From Barthelona sp. PCE (Eukaryota): 64,000 nucleotides of DNA. Shown piece by piece: positions 9,958 to 20,869 of this stretch (position 1 is the stretch's first letter; each line of letters starts with the position of its first letter). The stretch is from the NCBI GenBank assembly GCA_040285745.1, contig JAUFOR010000003.1, forward strand, positions 930,001-994,000. Direction: 5' to 3'. Below the pieces are notes generated by a model. That model worked only from the letters and a program-made list of their open reading frames with translations, was not told the origin of the DNA and did not search any database. Both the position numbers and the translations under genes were made by a program.

Positions 9958-11925
9958 TTACAACCTCACAACACCCTTCAATGATGAAGTGTCTATGACA
10001 GAAAAATCAAACCCTTCCAAGCTGTCAATAGTCACACATGTCTCTGTTACAGAAACTTCACAATTACCTAAATACAGAACAGAAATATAATGAAGACGAT
10101 TAGTATCTGGTAAAAGCTTCCTAAAAACTACAGTGTTGCATGAAACGTAAGGCCTGTGTACAGTGGTGTAACCTTCCGGAGCTTTATAAACTTTAACAAC
10201 GCTTCCCTCAGTGAAATCCAGAACATAAATAGAATCGCAACAATGGAGTAACTCTGGACCGGCAAAGTGCCAGTTTGCACCTATAATGACATCTTTTGGA
10301 ATTGATAACGTCTTTAATGATCCATCTGATAACAAAACTGCCTGCATCTCTTCAACAAACTCTTCCTCATCCATATAAAGTCGAACAAACATATCTCCCC
10401 ACACGTTCGTGCGCACTGTGCTTGCCATCATCTGTAGATCTCTCCTCTCAATGCTTCCGTCCTTAGCAGTGAATAAATGCACATTATCCTGTAGTTTCGC
10501 AATTACCCTAATCCCTTTAGATTCCTTAATAAATCCAACGCTATCTATATTCTTGTGCTCGTCTTGGAGAGGTAAATCCCCTAACAAAGCTGTTGGATAC
10601 TCATAAAACAACGGAACACCCATGCACACATCACACAGCTGAAAATCACTGTAATTTGTTGCGTTTGTGATTGTCCAGTCGCTCCGTAGTTGTGTGAATG
10701 CGAACTCTGTGTTCATGTACATATCCGTGTCAAAACCTGTTGCAAATGTAAGATACGGCTGACCGAAATAAAACTCTAGTCGAGCTTCATCAAAAGCACT
10801 ACTACAATAGTCTGCAATGTGACATATGTGAGATTTGAGGTCAAAGAACATCAATCTGTTGAAGATATCATACACAACAAACTTATCGTCGAAAAAAAGT
10901 GCATTTGTTATATCCTCAACAAAAAACAACACCTTGTTTCTTTCTATGGGAGTTACTATTCTTATTTCACCGTTGAAGAACGTAAACAGCATGGAAGAAC
11001 CAGTGTGAACGAACGTAGAAACCAAACTAAGCACCGTTGAACTATTATCAACACAACACATTGGATACCCCCAGACCCTACTTTTTTTCACATCAATTCT
11101 TCCTGCGCTGATGCTGATAGTGTGCGCCATCACATCGTCCATCACTGAAATATCAAGCACTGAGCTACCAAATCGATGTACAAAGATTCCTGTAGCTGCT
11201 TCCCAATCCAAAACGTCTTTTAATAGGGGAAACTCCCTGAATAAATTAATACGGTCGTCCCCGGCAGCGTAAATAAGCCCATTCTCTCCATACATAAAAA
11301 ATCCTTCGATATTCAATGCAGCAATTGCAATATCGCAATCACCAACATATTTGAATGAACTAACATAATCCCTTCTCATGTGCTCATCCTCGGTCGGTTC
11401 AAACATGTACATACCTTCGCCCTTACCAAATAAATTATCCTTGTAATGTTCAAGTCCGGAACGAGATGCTTGACCATACAGCTCTCCTGTCAAAACGTTC
11501 ATAATACAAACTGTGATACCGCCTTCCATGTCGGTAACAACCATGAATGCGTCAGTCACGTTGAGAAATGCCGTTGTCATCCACTGTGCGTCCTCAATGA
11601 ATGACAAATCAAGTGAGTACGACTGTGACTGTATCTCTCCGTTCCTTGTGTCAAAGAATATGGTGGTCACGCTAACTGAGGATATGTCTATATCGTATAG
11701 ACAGATAAAATCGGCGTTATAAAATATGTCAGGCTGAAATATGCACCTCGACCGACAAATGCTTCCTGTATGGTAGCTGTCGCCGTTGGTGGGGATAAAA
11801 ATAACCTCTGAGGCATCCTGAGATAAAAAGGGAACCTCTTTGTGATCATCTTTCAATGAAAATATCATATTCTCGGAACAATGAACATTCCCCTCATTTT
11901 CAAAATTGAAACTTACGCTTGGCAT
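9958..11925 (-). CDS. hypothetical beta-propeller-like protein (possible member of a lineage-expanded family)
   Basis: About 655 aa; composition similar to the ORFs at 20870, 33714 and 37476. Start placed at MPSVSF. Confidence 0.7.
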   Translation of the reverse strand: MPSVSFNFENEGNVHCSENMIFSLKDDHKEVPFLSQDASEVIFIPTNGDSYHTGSICRSRCIFQPDIFYNADFICLYDIDISSVSVTTIFFDTRNGEIQSQSYSLDLSFIEDAQWMTTAFLNVTDAFMVVTDMEGGITVCIMNVLTGELYGQASRSGLEHYKDNLFGKGEGMYMFEPTEDEHMRRDYVSSFKYVGDCDIAIAALNIEGFFMYGENGLIYAAGDDRINLFREFPLLKDVLDWEAATGIFVHRFGSSVLDISVMDDVMAHTISISAGRIDVKKSRVWGYPMCCVDNSSTVLSLVSTFVHTGSSMLFTFFNGEIRIVTPIERNKVLFFVEDITNALFFDDKFVVYDIFNRLMFFDLKSHICHIADYCSSAFDEARLEFYFGQPYLTFATGFDTDMYMNTEFAFTQLRSDWTITNATNYSDFQLCDVCMGVPLFYEYPTALLGDLPLQDEHKNIDSVGFIKESKGIRVIAKLQDNVHLFTAKDGSIERRDLQMMASTVRTNVWGDMFVRLYMDEEEFVEEMQAVLLSDGSLKTLSIPKDVIIGANWHFAGPELLHCCDSIYVLDFTEGSVVKVYKAPEGYTTVHRPYVSCNTVVFRKLLPDTNRLHYISVLYLGNCEVSVTETCVTIDSLEGFDFSVIDTSSLKGVVRL

Positions 11926-12122
11926 AATTAAACCCAAAAATTTAAATTCTAAGGGTGTTAAAACTGCAAAAAACAGAAACAAAATTTTCAGTTTTATTGC
12001 CACAGTCCTCATCATCACTATGCTATTTCACATCTTTGTGGGCATTTATATCACGGAGTGCACTGTTCTTTCTTTCACACCAGACTAAAGAACAAAGGTT
12101 TCGATTTTTCACAAACATATCT

Positions 12123-13118
12123 TCATTTAAACTTATCGAGCTCAGAAAAATCAATTAAAAATCGTACTGTAACAAATTCTATCATGGCCTTGTCAATGGT
12201 CACTTCATCAAGTTCACACTGCAGTGACCTCTCAATAATATCCAAATATGGCTTTTCTAACTTCATACTCTCTAACTCCTTCCTGTCCACAGTCTTCATC
12301 CACGTCATTCTATCCCCTTCTATAAATGACCGAACCCATTTCGCTAAAGTGGATACGGATATGCCAAAATTCATCTTATCTAAACACATCTTCATTGCTT
12401 GCTTAAGCGCTCGTGTCTTTGCCTTTTTGCGTAAAGTTTGACCACAAACTAATGTGTCAAAATATTCGCAAAATGTTTCATAGATGAGAATAGCCCACGG
12501 TCTGGCCAATATGTTAGGTGGTGGAATAGGAGTTTTTCTTGGCTTTTGAATATTAGGAGTAGTAAGTTTGGGGCTCATCTGCTCCTTATGTAAGAAGTTA
12601 ACTCTTTCCCTGATCATGTCAATAATTTCCTTTCCCAGACGCGGCTCCAGGTCTTTAAGAAGCACACTTCTATACAGACCTTCTTTCAATGCCGGTTTGA
12701 GTTTTTTCCTAATTGCAGTAACGTTCCTGCCAAAGCCCAAATAATTTAGTGTCTTTGCCACTGTCACTGCAGAAGCCATCATACAACCTGTTAATGCCGT
12801 ATAGGTTGCAACAACTAATTTGATCTCCCATTCTTCCCAACGTTTACGAGCTTTCTGATTCTCTGATAATAAAGGTGATTCCTGTACTGTGATGAGTACG
12901 AGTGGCTCATTTTCGATAATACTTTCGGTTTCTGAAGTTGGAGTAGACTGTATTTTGTTAGGTACAGTTGACTTCTGTCTCGTTCTCTTCCTCGTCGATG
13001 GCACCTCAAATAGTTCAAGTTGCAACGTCATTACATGCAATGAAAAAGCTTTTAATGTATATAATAACGTAATGAAATTACACTTTCTTGAACAGTTTTC
13101 AATATGCTTTAAAGTCAT
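12123..13118 (-). CDS. hypothetical protein, possible Myb/SANT-like helix
   Basis: 331-aa ORF containing RKRWEEWEIKLVV...GRNVTAIRKK. The true start may be at MTLQLEL. Confidence 0.55.
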   Translation of the reverse strand: MTLKHIENCSRKCNFITLLYTLKAFSLHVMTLQLELFEVPSTRKRTRQKSTVPNKIQSTPTSETESIIENEPLVLITVQESPLLSENQKARKRWEEWEIKLVVATYTALTGCMMASAVTVAKTLNYLGFGRNVTAIRKKLKPALKEGLYRSVLLKDLEPRLGKEIIDMIRERVNFLHKEQMSPKLTTPNIQKPRKTPIPPPNILARPWAILIYETFCEYFDTLVCGQTLRKKAKTRALKQAMKMCLDKMNFGISVSTLAKWVRSFIEGDRMTWMKTVDRKELESMKLEKPYLDIIERSLQCELDEVTIDKAMIEFVTVRFLIDFSELDKFK

Positions 13119-13193
13119 TTCAAATGTCCTAAAGGGAAAGTTACGATTGCTGACCGTATTTAAAATGCTCTAGCACCTCAGAAAAAAATCTAT

Positions 13194-15380
13194 TTACAAA
13201 ACACTCAATAAAGATAGCGTTTGTTGATACATGGCAACATCCTCTGTTTCGCTGAGTATCTCGTCCCTAACACGTATTAAATCTGCCTTGCTCAAAACAG
13301 GAAGTAAAATTTCTGCTTCCCTTACTTTGTGTCTGTGTGCTCTTCTAAACACTTTCAGTAATGATAACCCGAGGTACTTCTGTATGTTATCCCTGGCAGA
13401 TACGTCCAACTGACGTACAACACGACAAATACCCGCCAACAACGTATGCTCTGATAAGTCATTCAAGCTAAAAGAATCAGTTGTGAATAACCGATCCTCT
13501 AGGAAACAAAACAGTAGCTTATCAAGAGCTTGGCCGGATATTTGACCCCTTTCGAAGACATACGTGAGATAACCAAGCTCTACACAATTCGCCTCAAGAT
13601 CAAAGCGCTGATCCCACTCATCAAACATTGGAGAGCATGGAACAACTGAGGACCCTTGTCTTGAGACAGGGTTGAAGTTCCTGATGTCCTCCTTAACCAT
13701 ACCCAGGTTACCAAAAGACCTGAGCATGTATACTCTTATTGAAACTGGGTTGAAAGTATATATGTATCGATCACTGACAAAAAACGAATAAACTATAGTA
13801 TCCAATATATAACTCCTCATAGATGTGTCCTCTGATACGAGCTGCAGCTGTAATGTGTCGTAATGGATGACATATGTCAAAGTATCCAACTCCACAACCG
13901 AGATACTCAGCATTTCACAAACGCCATACGGCAGACTCATATGCGTTGTGGTCACCTCCTTGGTGCGCAAATCGGTGCGTTCTATAAATATATCCGACAT
14001 GTGGGACGTCACAGCAATAAGAAACGCCTCTCGATCTCGAGGGTTGTGAATCATGAGAGCCCGAACATTTTTATCTCGCAATGTTCTCTTCAGAACAATA
14101 CCCGACTCGCTGAACACGTATATAATCTCCACATCGCCTTCGTGGACAAGAAACGCACAGTAAACCTCACTTGAGGACATAACCGAAATAACTGCTGGCA
14201 TCTCAAAGGTTCGACCGCAATATGATGCAAGATCCATTCCAACTCCGCTTATGACAAACGGCCGCGGCGGATTTGCCTTAAGGACGGCCCATGGGTGATA
14301 TAAATGCGGGCGAGGTGCCAAAGAAGTGGAGCATAAACTGTACTGTCGCCAGAACCGTACTTCACACGTTCCTGTCACAGCGCAGAAGAAGAAGCGTCCG
14401 TGTGCAACGTCCTTGATCTTTGGCGTGCAATGGCTGAAGTTGGCGAGCACAGGAGAAATCATTACACTGCTGAACGTGATAGCTGCTCTGGAGAAATGAA
14501 GGCGATCTCCCTTCGTTTCAATAGACGGAAGCTCTCCGCATATCGTTCCCAGTGCTACATCTATTAGTAAAAGACGCCCACCGTTGTGAGAAAGGCCGCA
14601 AAACACACGACCAAGACCTGTAAAACTAATATGGTCTAGTTGATATCCTATATCTATTTTCTTAACAGATTTCAGAGGTTTTGGGAGCTTCTTTGACGGA
14701 TCGATTCCAATTTCTACCGAATAAAGTGTGTAATCATCAAAAAGCATGAATAAATGACTGCCTGAAACACCAAACTCGCACAAAGTTGGCTCACGTCCCG
14801 TGCTCAAGGTTGCAAATGTCAGGCGCGTTGCAGGTACTCTTACTGCCCACGGTGTGTGTTGATTAGAAAACACAACAGAGTCTACATCTTTCTCACTATG
14901 ACTAACAAATTCACTTGAGACGAGTTGTATCATCGAGTTCACATGTGAAAGGGGGGTGAGGTCCATGGCGAAGAAGATCAGGCGAGATCTATCCAGCAGA
15001 CAACACACAAAATGAGAGTGAACTACAAACTGTCTGATTATCCTTGATGATAGTCCCTGATTTGTGAATCCCTTAACATGAACAGGGTGCATGAATACCT
15101 GGTTTCTGTCATCAACATCCACCTTGAACTTTAACGTGTAAAGGCTTCCGTTATCGAGCAAGAAAAAAAGCTGATCCCCACTTGCACTCCAATCGGCTTG
15201 AATAGCCTCAGCATCTATTGTGTGTGAGTTAACCTTGGTGAACCTGTCTGAAGAACACGCTACAAAGTCGATCGATGAAGAAGAAAACAAAGCCGCAACA
15301 TGGGAATATACAGGATTGAAACACACTAAATGCACAGGGTGTGCATTCTTATATGTGTGAGGAATTCCAAACGGAAACAT
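13194..15380 (-). CDS. WD40-like protein, possibly RIC1-like
   Basis: The N-terminus MFPFGIP and QADWSASGDQLFFLLDNGSLY resemble the RIC1 N-terminal propeller; helical C-terminus. Confidence 0.45.
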   Translation of the reverse strand: MFPFGIPHTYKNAHPVHLVCFNPVYSHVAALFSSSSIDFVACSSDRFTKVNSHTIDAEAIQADWSASGDQLFFLLDNGSLYTLKFKVDVDDRNQVFMHPVHVKGFTNQGLSSRIIRQFVVHSHFVCCLLDRSRLIFFAMDLTPLSHVNSMIQLVSSEFVSHSEKDVDSVVFSNQHTPWAVRVPATRLTFATLSTGREPTLCEFGVSGSHLFMLFDDYTLYSVEIGIDPSKKLPKPLKSVKKIDIGYQLDHISFTGLGRVFCGLSHNGGRLLLIDVALGTICGELPSIETKGDRLHFSRAAITFSSVMISPVLANFSHCTPKIKDVAHGRFFFCAVTGTCEVRFWRQYSLCSTSLAPRPHLYHPWAVLKANPPRPFVISGVGMDLASYCGRTFEMPAVISVMSSSEVYCAFLVHEGDVEIIYVFSESGIVLKRTLRDKNVRALMIHNPRDREAFLIAVTSHMSDIFIERTDLRTKEVTTTHMSLPYGVCEMLSISVVELDTLTYVIHYDTLQLQLVSEDTSMRSYILDTIVYSFFVSDRYIYTFNPVSIRVYMLRSFGNLGMVKEDIRNFNPVSRQGSSVVPCSPMFDEWDQRFDLEANCVELGYLTYVFERGQISGQALDKLLFCFLEDRLFTTDSFSLNDLSEHTLLAGICRVVRQLDVSARDNIQKYLGLSLLKVFRRAHRHKVREAEILLPVLSKADLIRVRDEILSETEDVAMYQQTLSLLSVL

Positions 15381-15436
15381 GAAAGAGGTTCTCAACTCGA
15401 AATCATTTTTCCAACTTTTTTTAAAGGCTCACATTG

Positions 15437-16522
15437 ATGAATATTTTAGAAAGGGATGTATTGGACATAGAGGATATTGACTTTGTCATTAATCCTGACC
15501 GTACTCCGGGCAATGCTTGGTTTTCCCTCCCTCCTGATGATGAAGGAAAAATCAGATGCTTAGTATGCGCACATCGCTGTCTTATCTCAGAGGGAAAAGC
15601 AGGAATATGTGGAATTCGCAAGAATGAAGATAAAGTCCTTAAGCTTTACGGCTATGGCAAATCTGCAACGAGGGCTATTGATCCGATTGAAAAGAAGCCC
15701 CTGGCCCACTTCCACCCGGGGCAGGGCATTCTTTCACTTAGCTGCTACGGTTGCAACTTTGGATGCACATTTTGCCAAAACTACACCCTTTCAATGGCTA
15801 TCAAGGAGGGTGTTGACGTCGAAGAACTAGAAGACAACATGCAGGACATGCCGCCTGATATGGTTGTAAGGCTTTGCAAAATGAAGAACGTGAGATTCAT
15901 AGCTGGCACATATAACGAACCTACAATTTCTTTCGAGTATTATTACGATGTTGCCCGGCTTGCAAAAGAACAAGGTATCGAATTTGTGTTTGTCACCAAC
16001 GGATATATGACCCGAGAAGCACTGATTTATATGGCCCCATATATCGCAGCAATGAATATTGATTTAAAGGCGTTTTCTGAAGAGTTTTATCGAAAGATTT
16101 GTAAGGCTCGTCTCTCACCTGTTCTCTCCACAATACAACTGGCACACCTGCTTGGAATCCACGTTGAGGTTACAACTCTAGTAATACCAGGTGAAAATGA
16201 TGATGACATTGAAGGTATTTGCGATTTTGTTGCAAGTGTTTCAAACGATTTAGTTCTACACCTCAGTGCGTTCCACCCAGACTATCGGATGACTAACCGT
16301 GGTAGAACTACCCCAAAGCTCCTCAGAGACTGTAAGACAATCGCTGTAGAGAAGGGATTGCGCTTTGTGTATTTGGGCAACACAAAGTCAGACGATAGTA
16401 TTTATTGTCCTGAATGTAGTACTGTAGTGATAGAGAAACGCGGATATGTAGTGACGAGAGTGAATGTTGAGTCTGATGGGCTCTGCCCAACTTGTAAGTG
16501 TCGAATTTATGGTCGCTTCTAA
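15437..16522 (+). CDS. AmmeMemoRadiSam-type (PFL-activase-like) radical SAM enzyme
   Basis: N-terminal CxxCxxxC...GxCGxR, DPIEKKPLxHFxPG, CNFGCTFC cluster motif, YNEP and C-terminal CPEC/CPTC. Confidence 0.9.
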   Translation: MNILERDVLDIEDIDFVINPDRTPGNAWFSLPPDDEGKIRCLVCAHRCLISEGKAGICGIRKNEDKVLKLYGYGKSATRAIDPIEKKPLAHFHPGQGILSLSCYGCNFGCTFCQNYTLSMAIKEGVDVEELEDNMQDMPPDMVVRLCKMKNVRFIAGTYNEPTISFEYYYDVARLAKEQGIEFVFVTNGYMTREALIYMAPYIAAMNIDLKAFSEEFYRKICKARLSPVLSTIQLAHLLGIHVEVTTLVIPGENDDDIEGICDFVASVSNDLVLHLSAFHPDYRMTNRGRTTPKLLRDCKTIAVEKGLRFVYLGNTKSDDSIYCPECSTVVIEKRGYVVTRVNVESDGLCPTCKCRIYGRF

Positions 16523-16561
16523 TTTTTGTGTAAACGAATAATAACCTCTTATCTCTTTTTT

Positions 16562-17449
16562 ATGCTTGAAAACGAGGCCCTAACTGCGGTTTCAAACGAG
16601 ACTATACAATATGGTAACCCATATATTATCTTTTTACCGATTTTAGCATATTTTGTGCTCTTTTTGTACTCTTTGCTTAAAGTACGGCGGATCAAAGCCT
16701 ACTCCCGAACATACGATTCAAACAACACAGCCACCAGTTTGATAAAGCGTTGGGTTTTTATTTTTGTGGCAATGGGCAGTTTAATGCGCACTATATCGCT
16801 ATTCACGGATTTTACAGCCGTCTTGAACAAGGATCCTGTGCTCCACATCGAGCAAGCCTTGCAAGACAGCAGTTTCTTCAGATTACTGCCAAGTCTACCA
16901 TTTTATATTTCGATCTGCCTCTTAGAATTTATTATTTCTGATATGGTGTACGGCCTGCGCAACTTAAAGTCCCCAAAGAACATTGTGAAGACGAGTGCAT
17001 TTATTTCCATTCAATTCGCCCAACTTATACTGCTTGAGATTACAAGACTCACTGAAGATCTTCCCATATCCTTCTTTCCTATCAAGGCTCATTGGGTCTG
17101 TGGTGTTTTTTACGTCCTAGTGTGCATTAGTCTTCTGTGGAGCAATATTCAATTACATCGCTTGAGTTCAAGCATAACTCAATTGAGAGCCAATGTGCGC
17201 CCCATTATTACGTCAGTCTACGCCACATCTTTTATCTATCTTTGTCGGGGGCTGGTCTTCCTCATGTCAGCAATGGTTAAAAGTGATTATCTCTTTATTA
17301 ACATCAGCCTTGACCTCAGTATGTATTACCTACTCATTGAATTTCTTCCAACAATTCTTCTTTGTTTTATTCTTCGTGCCAGGAGGAGAAGATATGGGGA
17401 CCAAAGAAATACATCATTCAAAGAACATTTATTAGTGCAACGAAAGTAA
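16562..17449 (+). CDS. multi-pass (about 7 TM) membrane protein, TOM1/GPR137-like
   Basis: About seven hydrophobic helices, ending in YYLLIEFLPTILLCFILR. Confidence 0.6.
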   Translation: MLENEALTAVSNETIQYGNPYIIFLPILAYFVLFLYSLLKVRRIKAYSRTYDSNNTATSLIKRWVFIFVAMGSLMRTISLFTDFTAVLNKDPVLHIEQALQDSSFFRLLPSLPFYISICLLEFIISDMVYGLRNLKSPKNIVKTSAFISIQFAQLILLEITRLTEDLPISFFPIKAHWVCGVFYVLVCISLLWSNIQLHRLSSSITQLRANVRPIITSVYATSFIYLCRGLVFLMSAMVKSDYLFINISLDLSMYYLLIEFLPTILLCFILRARRRRYGDQRNTSFKEHLLVQRK

Positions 17450-17486
17450 ATTGTTTTTGTGTTTTGTTTTTTCACCCTTTCAAATA

Positions 17487-18152
17487 ATGGAGAAGAAGTT
17501 TAGATGCGTACACTGCTTCCAAAAAGTAAGCGATTTGGTGTCTGAGGTGGGATCTGAAACAGATTCAAAACAAAAAGTACTTGTTAAATGTCCTTATTGC
17601 AAAAATACTGTTGATCCGTTCATTGCAAACACATTCATGTATAATTTACTGGATATTATTCTGCTTAATCAATCTACATACAAACATTTTCTATTTAATG
17701 AAAATTCTCCGTTCATCTGGGCTAGAGGATTCATCCTCATTCTGTGTGGCATTTTTTTTGTCTTTACAGAAAAGTTAAAGTTCTCATTGCTGTTGTTCAG
17801 CAGTTTTTTTTTCTTTCTACAGTTCATGATGATTTATTGTGTATGTAAGTACTATCCAAAAGTTCTCCTACGATTGAATCTCATCAAAGAGTACGACAGT
17901 GGTATTTCATTCAGGATATCTTTCAAAGCAAATGTGATCAGCTTTTGGCCTTTTTTGTTCGGTGTTGTCAATTATCTTTTTGCATACTCCCGCTTCACAT
18001 ACCCATTAATTCTTTTCATTCGATTCTTCACTTTAAGTACTACATACTCTGCGCTGTTAAACATTCATACGCGATTAGCCTTTGGTTTTTCAACTTTAAG
18101 TTTATTGGTTGAATCGCTCCTTGGCGCTTTATTTTACTTATGGGTTGAATAG
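17487..18152 (+). CDS. ARV1: Arv1 family protein
   Basis: CVHC...CPYC zinc motif, VDPFI and LDIILLN...YKHFLFN (Arv1 homology domain), followed by TM helices. Confidence 0.85.
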   Translation: MEKKFRCVHCFQKVSDLVSEVGSETDSKQKVLVKCPYCKNTVDPFIANTFMYNLLDIILLNQSTYKHFLFNENSPFIWARGFILILCGIFFVFTEKLKFSLLLFSSFFFFLQFMMIYCVCKYYPKVLLRLNLIKEYDSGISFRISFKANVISFWPFLFGVVNYLFAYSRFTYPLILFIRFFTLSTTYSALLNIHTRLAFGFSTLSLLVESLLGALFYLWVE

Positions 18153-18231
18153 GCTGTGCAAATTAGTAGTATATTTTAGTAAAATTGTTCTCTTTTTTAT
18201 TCATTTTTTCGCACACTATTTTTTGATTTAA

Positions 18232-19059
18232 ATGATTTTAACACCACAATCTTTTCCAAGTGGAGAGAAAAAATTCTTTAGTTTTGCTGAAGTAATACAA
18301 AAGCGAGAGCATTCTGAAGATTATAGTGTAATTTTGGCCCAACGATCTTTTGATGGCAAGATGTGTACCGTATACGATGGGGAGCACACGATTTTGGAGT
18401 ACGACATAAGCATATCAGGTAATGAAATCGTCAGAGGAAGACAATCCATAATTTCAAAGGTTTCTGACGATTTGAAACTGCTACTTGTGATCAGTTCGGG
18501 CTATTGTTTGTTCCAAGAAGGTGAAGAACTTCAAATACGTGATATGTTTGGAGCAATAATTTTAAGAAAGCCTTTAGTATATTTAGGCTTCATTTCTGGG
18601 TTACACATCGTTGCGCGCGACACATTCGGGGGCGTTTGCTTCATTGAATGCTACCCTGAGGTTCCTCAGTTTCGTTTCAGACCCTCTTCTCCATTTCGAT
18701 ATTATGATGCACTCACCACAGTAACACCCGTCCCTATCAACGGCGGCAGTGAAATGCTCATCTATGACGGGAGTAAGTGTATTATAGTTTCTGCAATTGG
18801 ATGTATAGATTTATCAGATTCTTTTAATATTAGCGGGTTTCCAATATTAAAAACTGCACAGGTATATCTTTTTGAGGATGATGAGATAAGAATTATTGAT
18901 ATTGAGACAGAAACACATGTAGTTTTAAGAAAAGATGCACCTGTATCAGTCATAAAGGGTGTGATAGGTTCTCCTGGAAAGCTTTTCTTTATTGAAAATA
19001 TGCTTTATTATGTGCAACATTCATTCGGAAGAGTTTTATTTGTCGAAAAAGATGAATGA
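18232..19059 (+). CDS. hypothetical beta-rich protein
   Basis: 275-aa ORF. Confidence 0.6.
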   Translation: MILTPQSFPSGEKKFFSFAEVIQKREHSEDYSVILAQRSFDGKMCTVYDGEHTILEYDISISGNEIVRGRQSIISKVSDDLKLLLVISSGYCLFQEGEELQIRDMFGAIILRKPLVYLGFISGLHIVARDTFGGVCFIECYPEVPQFRFRPSSPFRYYDALTTVTPVPINGGSEMLIYDGSKCIIVSAIGCIDLSDSFNISGFPILKTAQVYLFEDDEIRIIDIETETHVVLRKDAPVSVIKGVIGSPGKLFFIENMLYYVQHSFGRVLFVEKDE

Positions 19060-19219
19060 GTTATATGTGAATTCTGGGTATAAAATGGCTTTTAGCCCTG
19101 TAAATAGTGTTTTAGAAAGAATATATCATAGTTTTAGAGCTCAGATGTGATCTTTCCACACATTGAAATATGCGCTTTAACGATTCATTCCTTTTTCTTC
19201 TTTTAAAACACACCCATCG

Positions 19220-20788
19220 ATGTCTCCTGACGTTTTTGTAGGGACAGGGATGGCAAATTCACAAACACATGATCGTTTGCAGACAACCTTCGCTCCCGAT
19301 AAATTAGCTTCACTATCGAAGGAGGAAGTAGTTCGCAAACTCGTAGATCAAGCAGATGCCCTCGAAAAGCTGCAGCGAAAACTTGAAATTCAGAACAGTG
19401 TTGACATTAATGAACCACTTTATCAACAAAACGCTCAGTTAAAGAACACCTTATCTGAGACGCGTAATGCGGTCGATGAGCTACGCAACCAGAACCATTA
19501 TGAAGAACTCCGTCACGAATCTGATTTGGAATACTTGCATAAGCAACTTGAACTCAAAAGTCAGAAGAATGATAATATTTACAGAAACTACATAGACTTG
19601 CTGACTACAAGGAAACCAATTCAAGAAAACGAAACATCAAAGCTGATTAATACGCAAGATAAGGATTTCGTTATTGATGGGCTCCGGGCAGAGCAAGTCA
19701 CCACCCGCCACATCCTCATGGAGAAGGAAAAGGAGATCCAGGGTCTCCAAAGTACAATAACAGACCTGAAGCTTCAGCAGAATGAGGTACAGATAACGCA
19801 AGAGCGAAACTCGATGCATTTAAAGAGAAAGGTTGAGACACTACAAACACAGGTGCAGGACCTCCAGCGCGATCTCCGGGCAGCGCGGGCGCAGGTGCAC
19901 GAGAGCGATAGTACACGTGTGGACCACCGTCAGACTGTTGGTATCTTAAAGGAGACATTGGCTGCAGAGCAGATAAGCAAACAAGATATGTTGAACAGAC
20001 TGGAGGCGAGTCTAAAGAGCAACGCACTCCTCAAGGAACGTATACAGGAAATGAACCGTGAGCGTGAGATAATTGAAAGAGACAGCGAGCCAAAGGAAGA
20101 GGACTTGCTCAAGAAGGCTGACATTGATAGAATGTTGGCTACGCAGCGTATCGAGCATGAGACGAGCCGCCAGACATTGAAGAAGAGGAACTTTATGCTC
20201 GAGAAGCAGATCAAGGACCTGCTGGAAGAAATGGAGGTTCTGCGTGATAATGTAGAAGCAGGAAAGCACGAAGAAAAGCGCATTCAACATGAACTGGTGA
20301 TGATAAGGTCGCAGCATGAAGGTGAGATGAAGGCTTTGGTTAAAAGTAGTGAACAACAGTACAATGACGTGAGAAATCACTGCGATTCACTGTTACAGGA
20401 GATGACAAACTGGAAGGAGAGGTACGAGGACATGGTGGCGAGTCGCACAGAGCTCGAAGATGGATTCAGGGAAAAGCTGAAGATTGTCAGCACCAAGTGG
20501 AAAGAACAAAACGAGTCCACAGCGAATAAGATGCTCAAATTGGGAGCAAAGGTAGACTATGAGCGTAAAAGAAAGATGTATTACAAAGAAGAGCTGAGAC
20601 TGTGGCATAGAAGACACAAATCTCTCAAAAACTGCTACGTTAATCTAGTAGAGCAGTTACGTATGAGTGATTACCCTCTTACCTTTGATGATCCCCTGCA
20701 GGTCGCTGATGCTAATAGTGAGTGTGTTTCAACTGATATGTTCAGCCAGTCCCATGTTTCCCATGTTTCCAATCAGGACATGCACTAA
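19220..20788 (+). CDS. long coiled-coil protein
   Basis: 522 aa, E/K/Q/L-rich heptads throughout. Confidence 0.75.
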   Translation: MSPDVFVGTGMANSQTHDRLQTTFAPDKLASLSKEEVVRKLVDQADALEKLQRKLEIQNSVDINEPLYQQNAQLKNTLSETRNAVDELRNQNHYEELRHESDLEYLHKQLELKSQKNDNIYRNYIDLLTTRKPIQENETSKLINTQDKDFVIDGLRAEQVTTRHILMEKEKEIQGLQSTITDLKLQQNEVQITQERNSMHLKRKVETLQTQVQDLQRDLRAARAQVHESDSTRVDHRQTVGILKETLAAEQISKQDMLNRLEASLKSNALLKERIQEMNREREIIERDSEPKEEDLLKKADIDRMLATQRIEHETSRQTLKKRNFMLEKQIKDLLEEMEVLRDNVEAGKHEEKRIQHELVMIRSQHEGEMKALVKSSEQQYNDVRNHCDSLLQEMTNWKERYEDMVASRTELEDGFREKLKIVSTKWKEQNESTANKMLKLGAKVDYERKRKMYYKEELRLWHRRHKSLKNCYVNLVEQLRMSDYPLTFDDPLQVADANSECVSTDMFSQSHVSHVSNQDMH

Positions 20789-20869
20789 TTTTTGTGTGTT
20801 TTCTATTGCTGCTTTTTTCAGCATTATGTAGAGCTTTGATTTTAACTCAATAAAAACAGAATTGTATAC

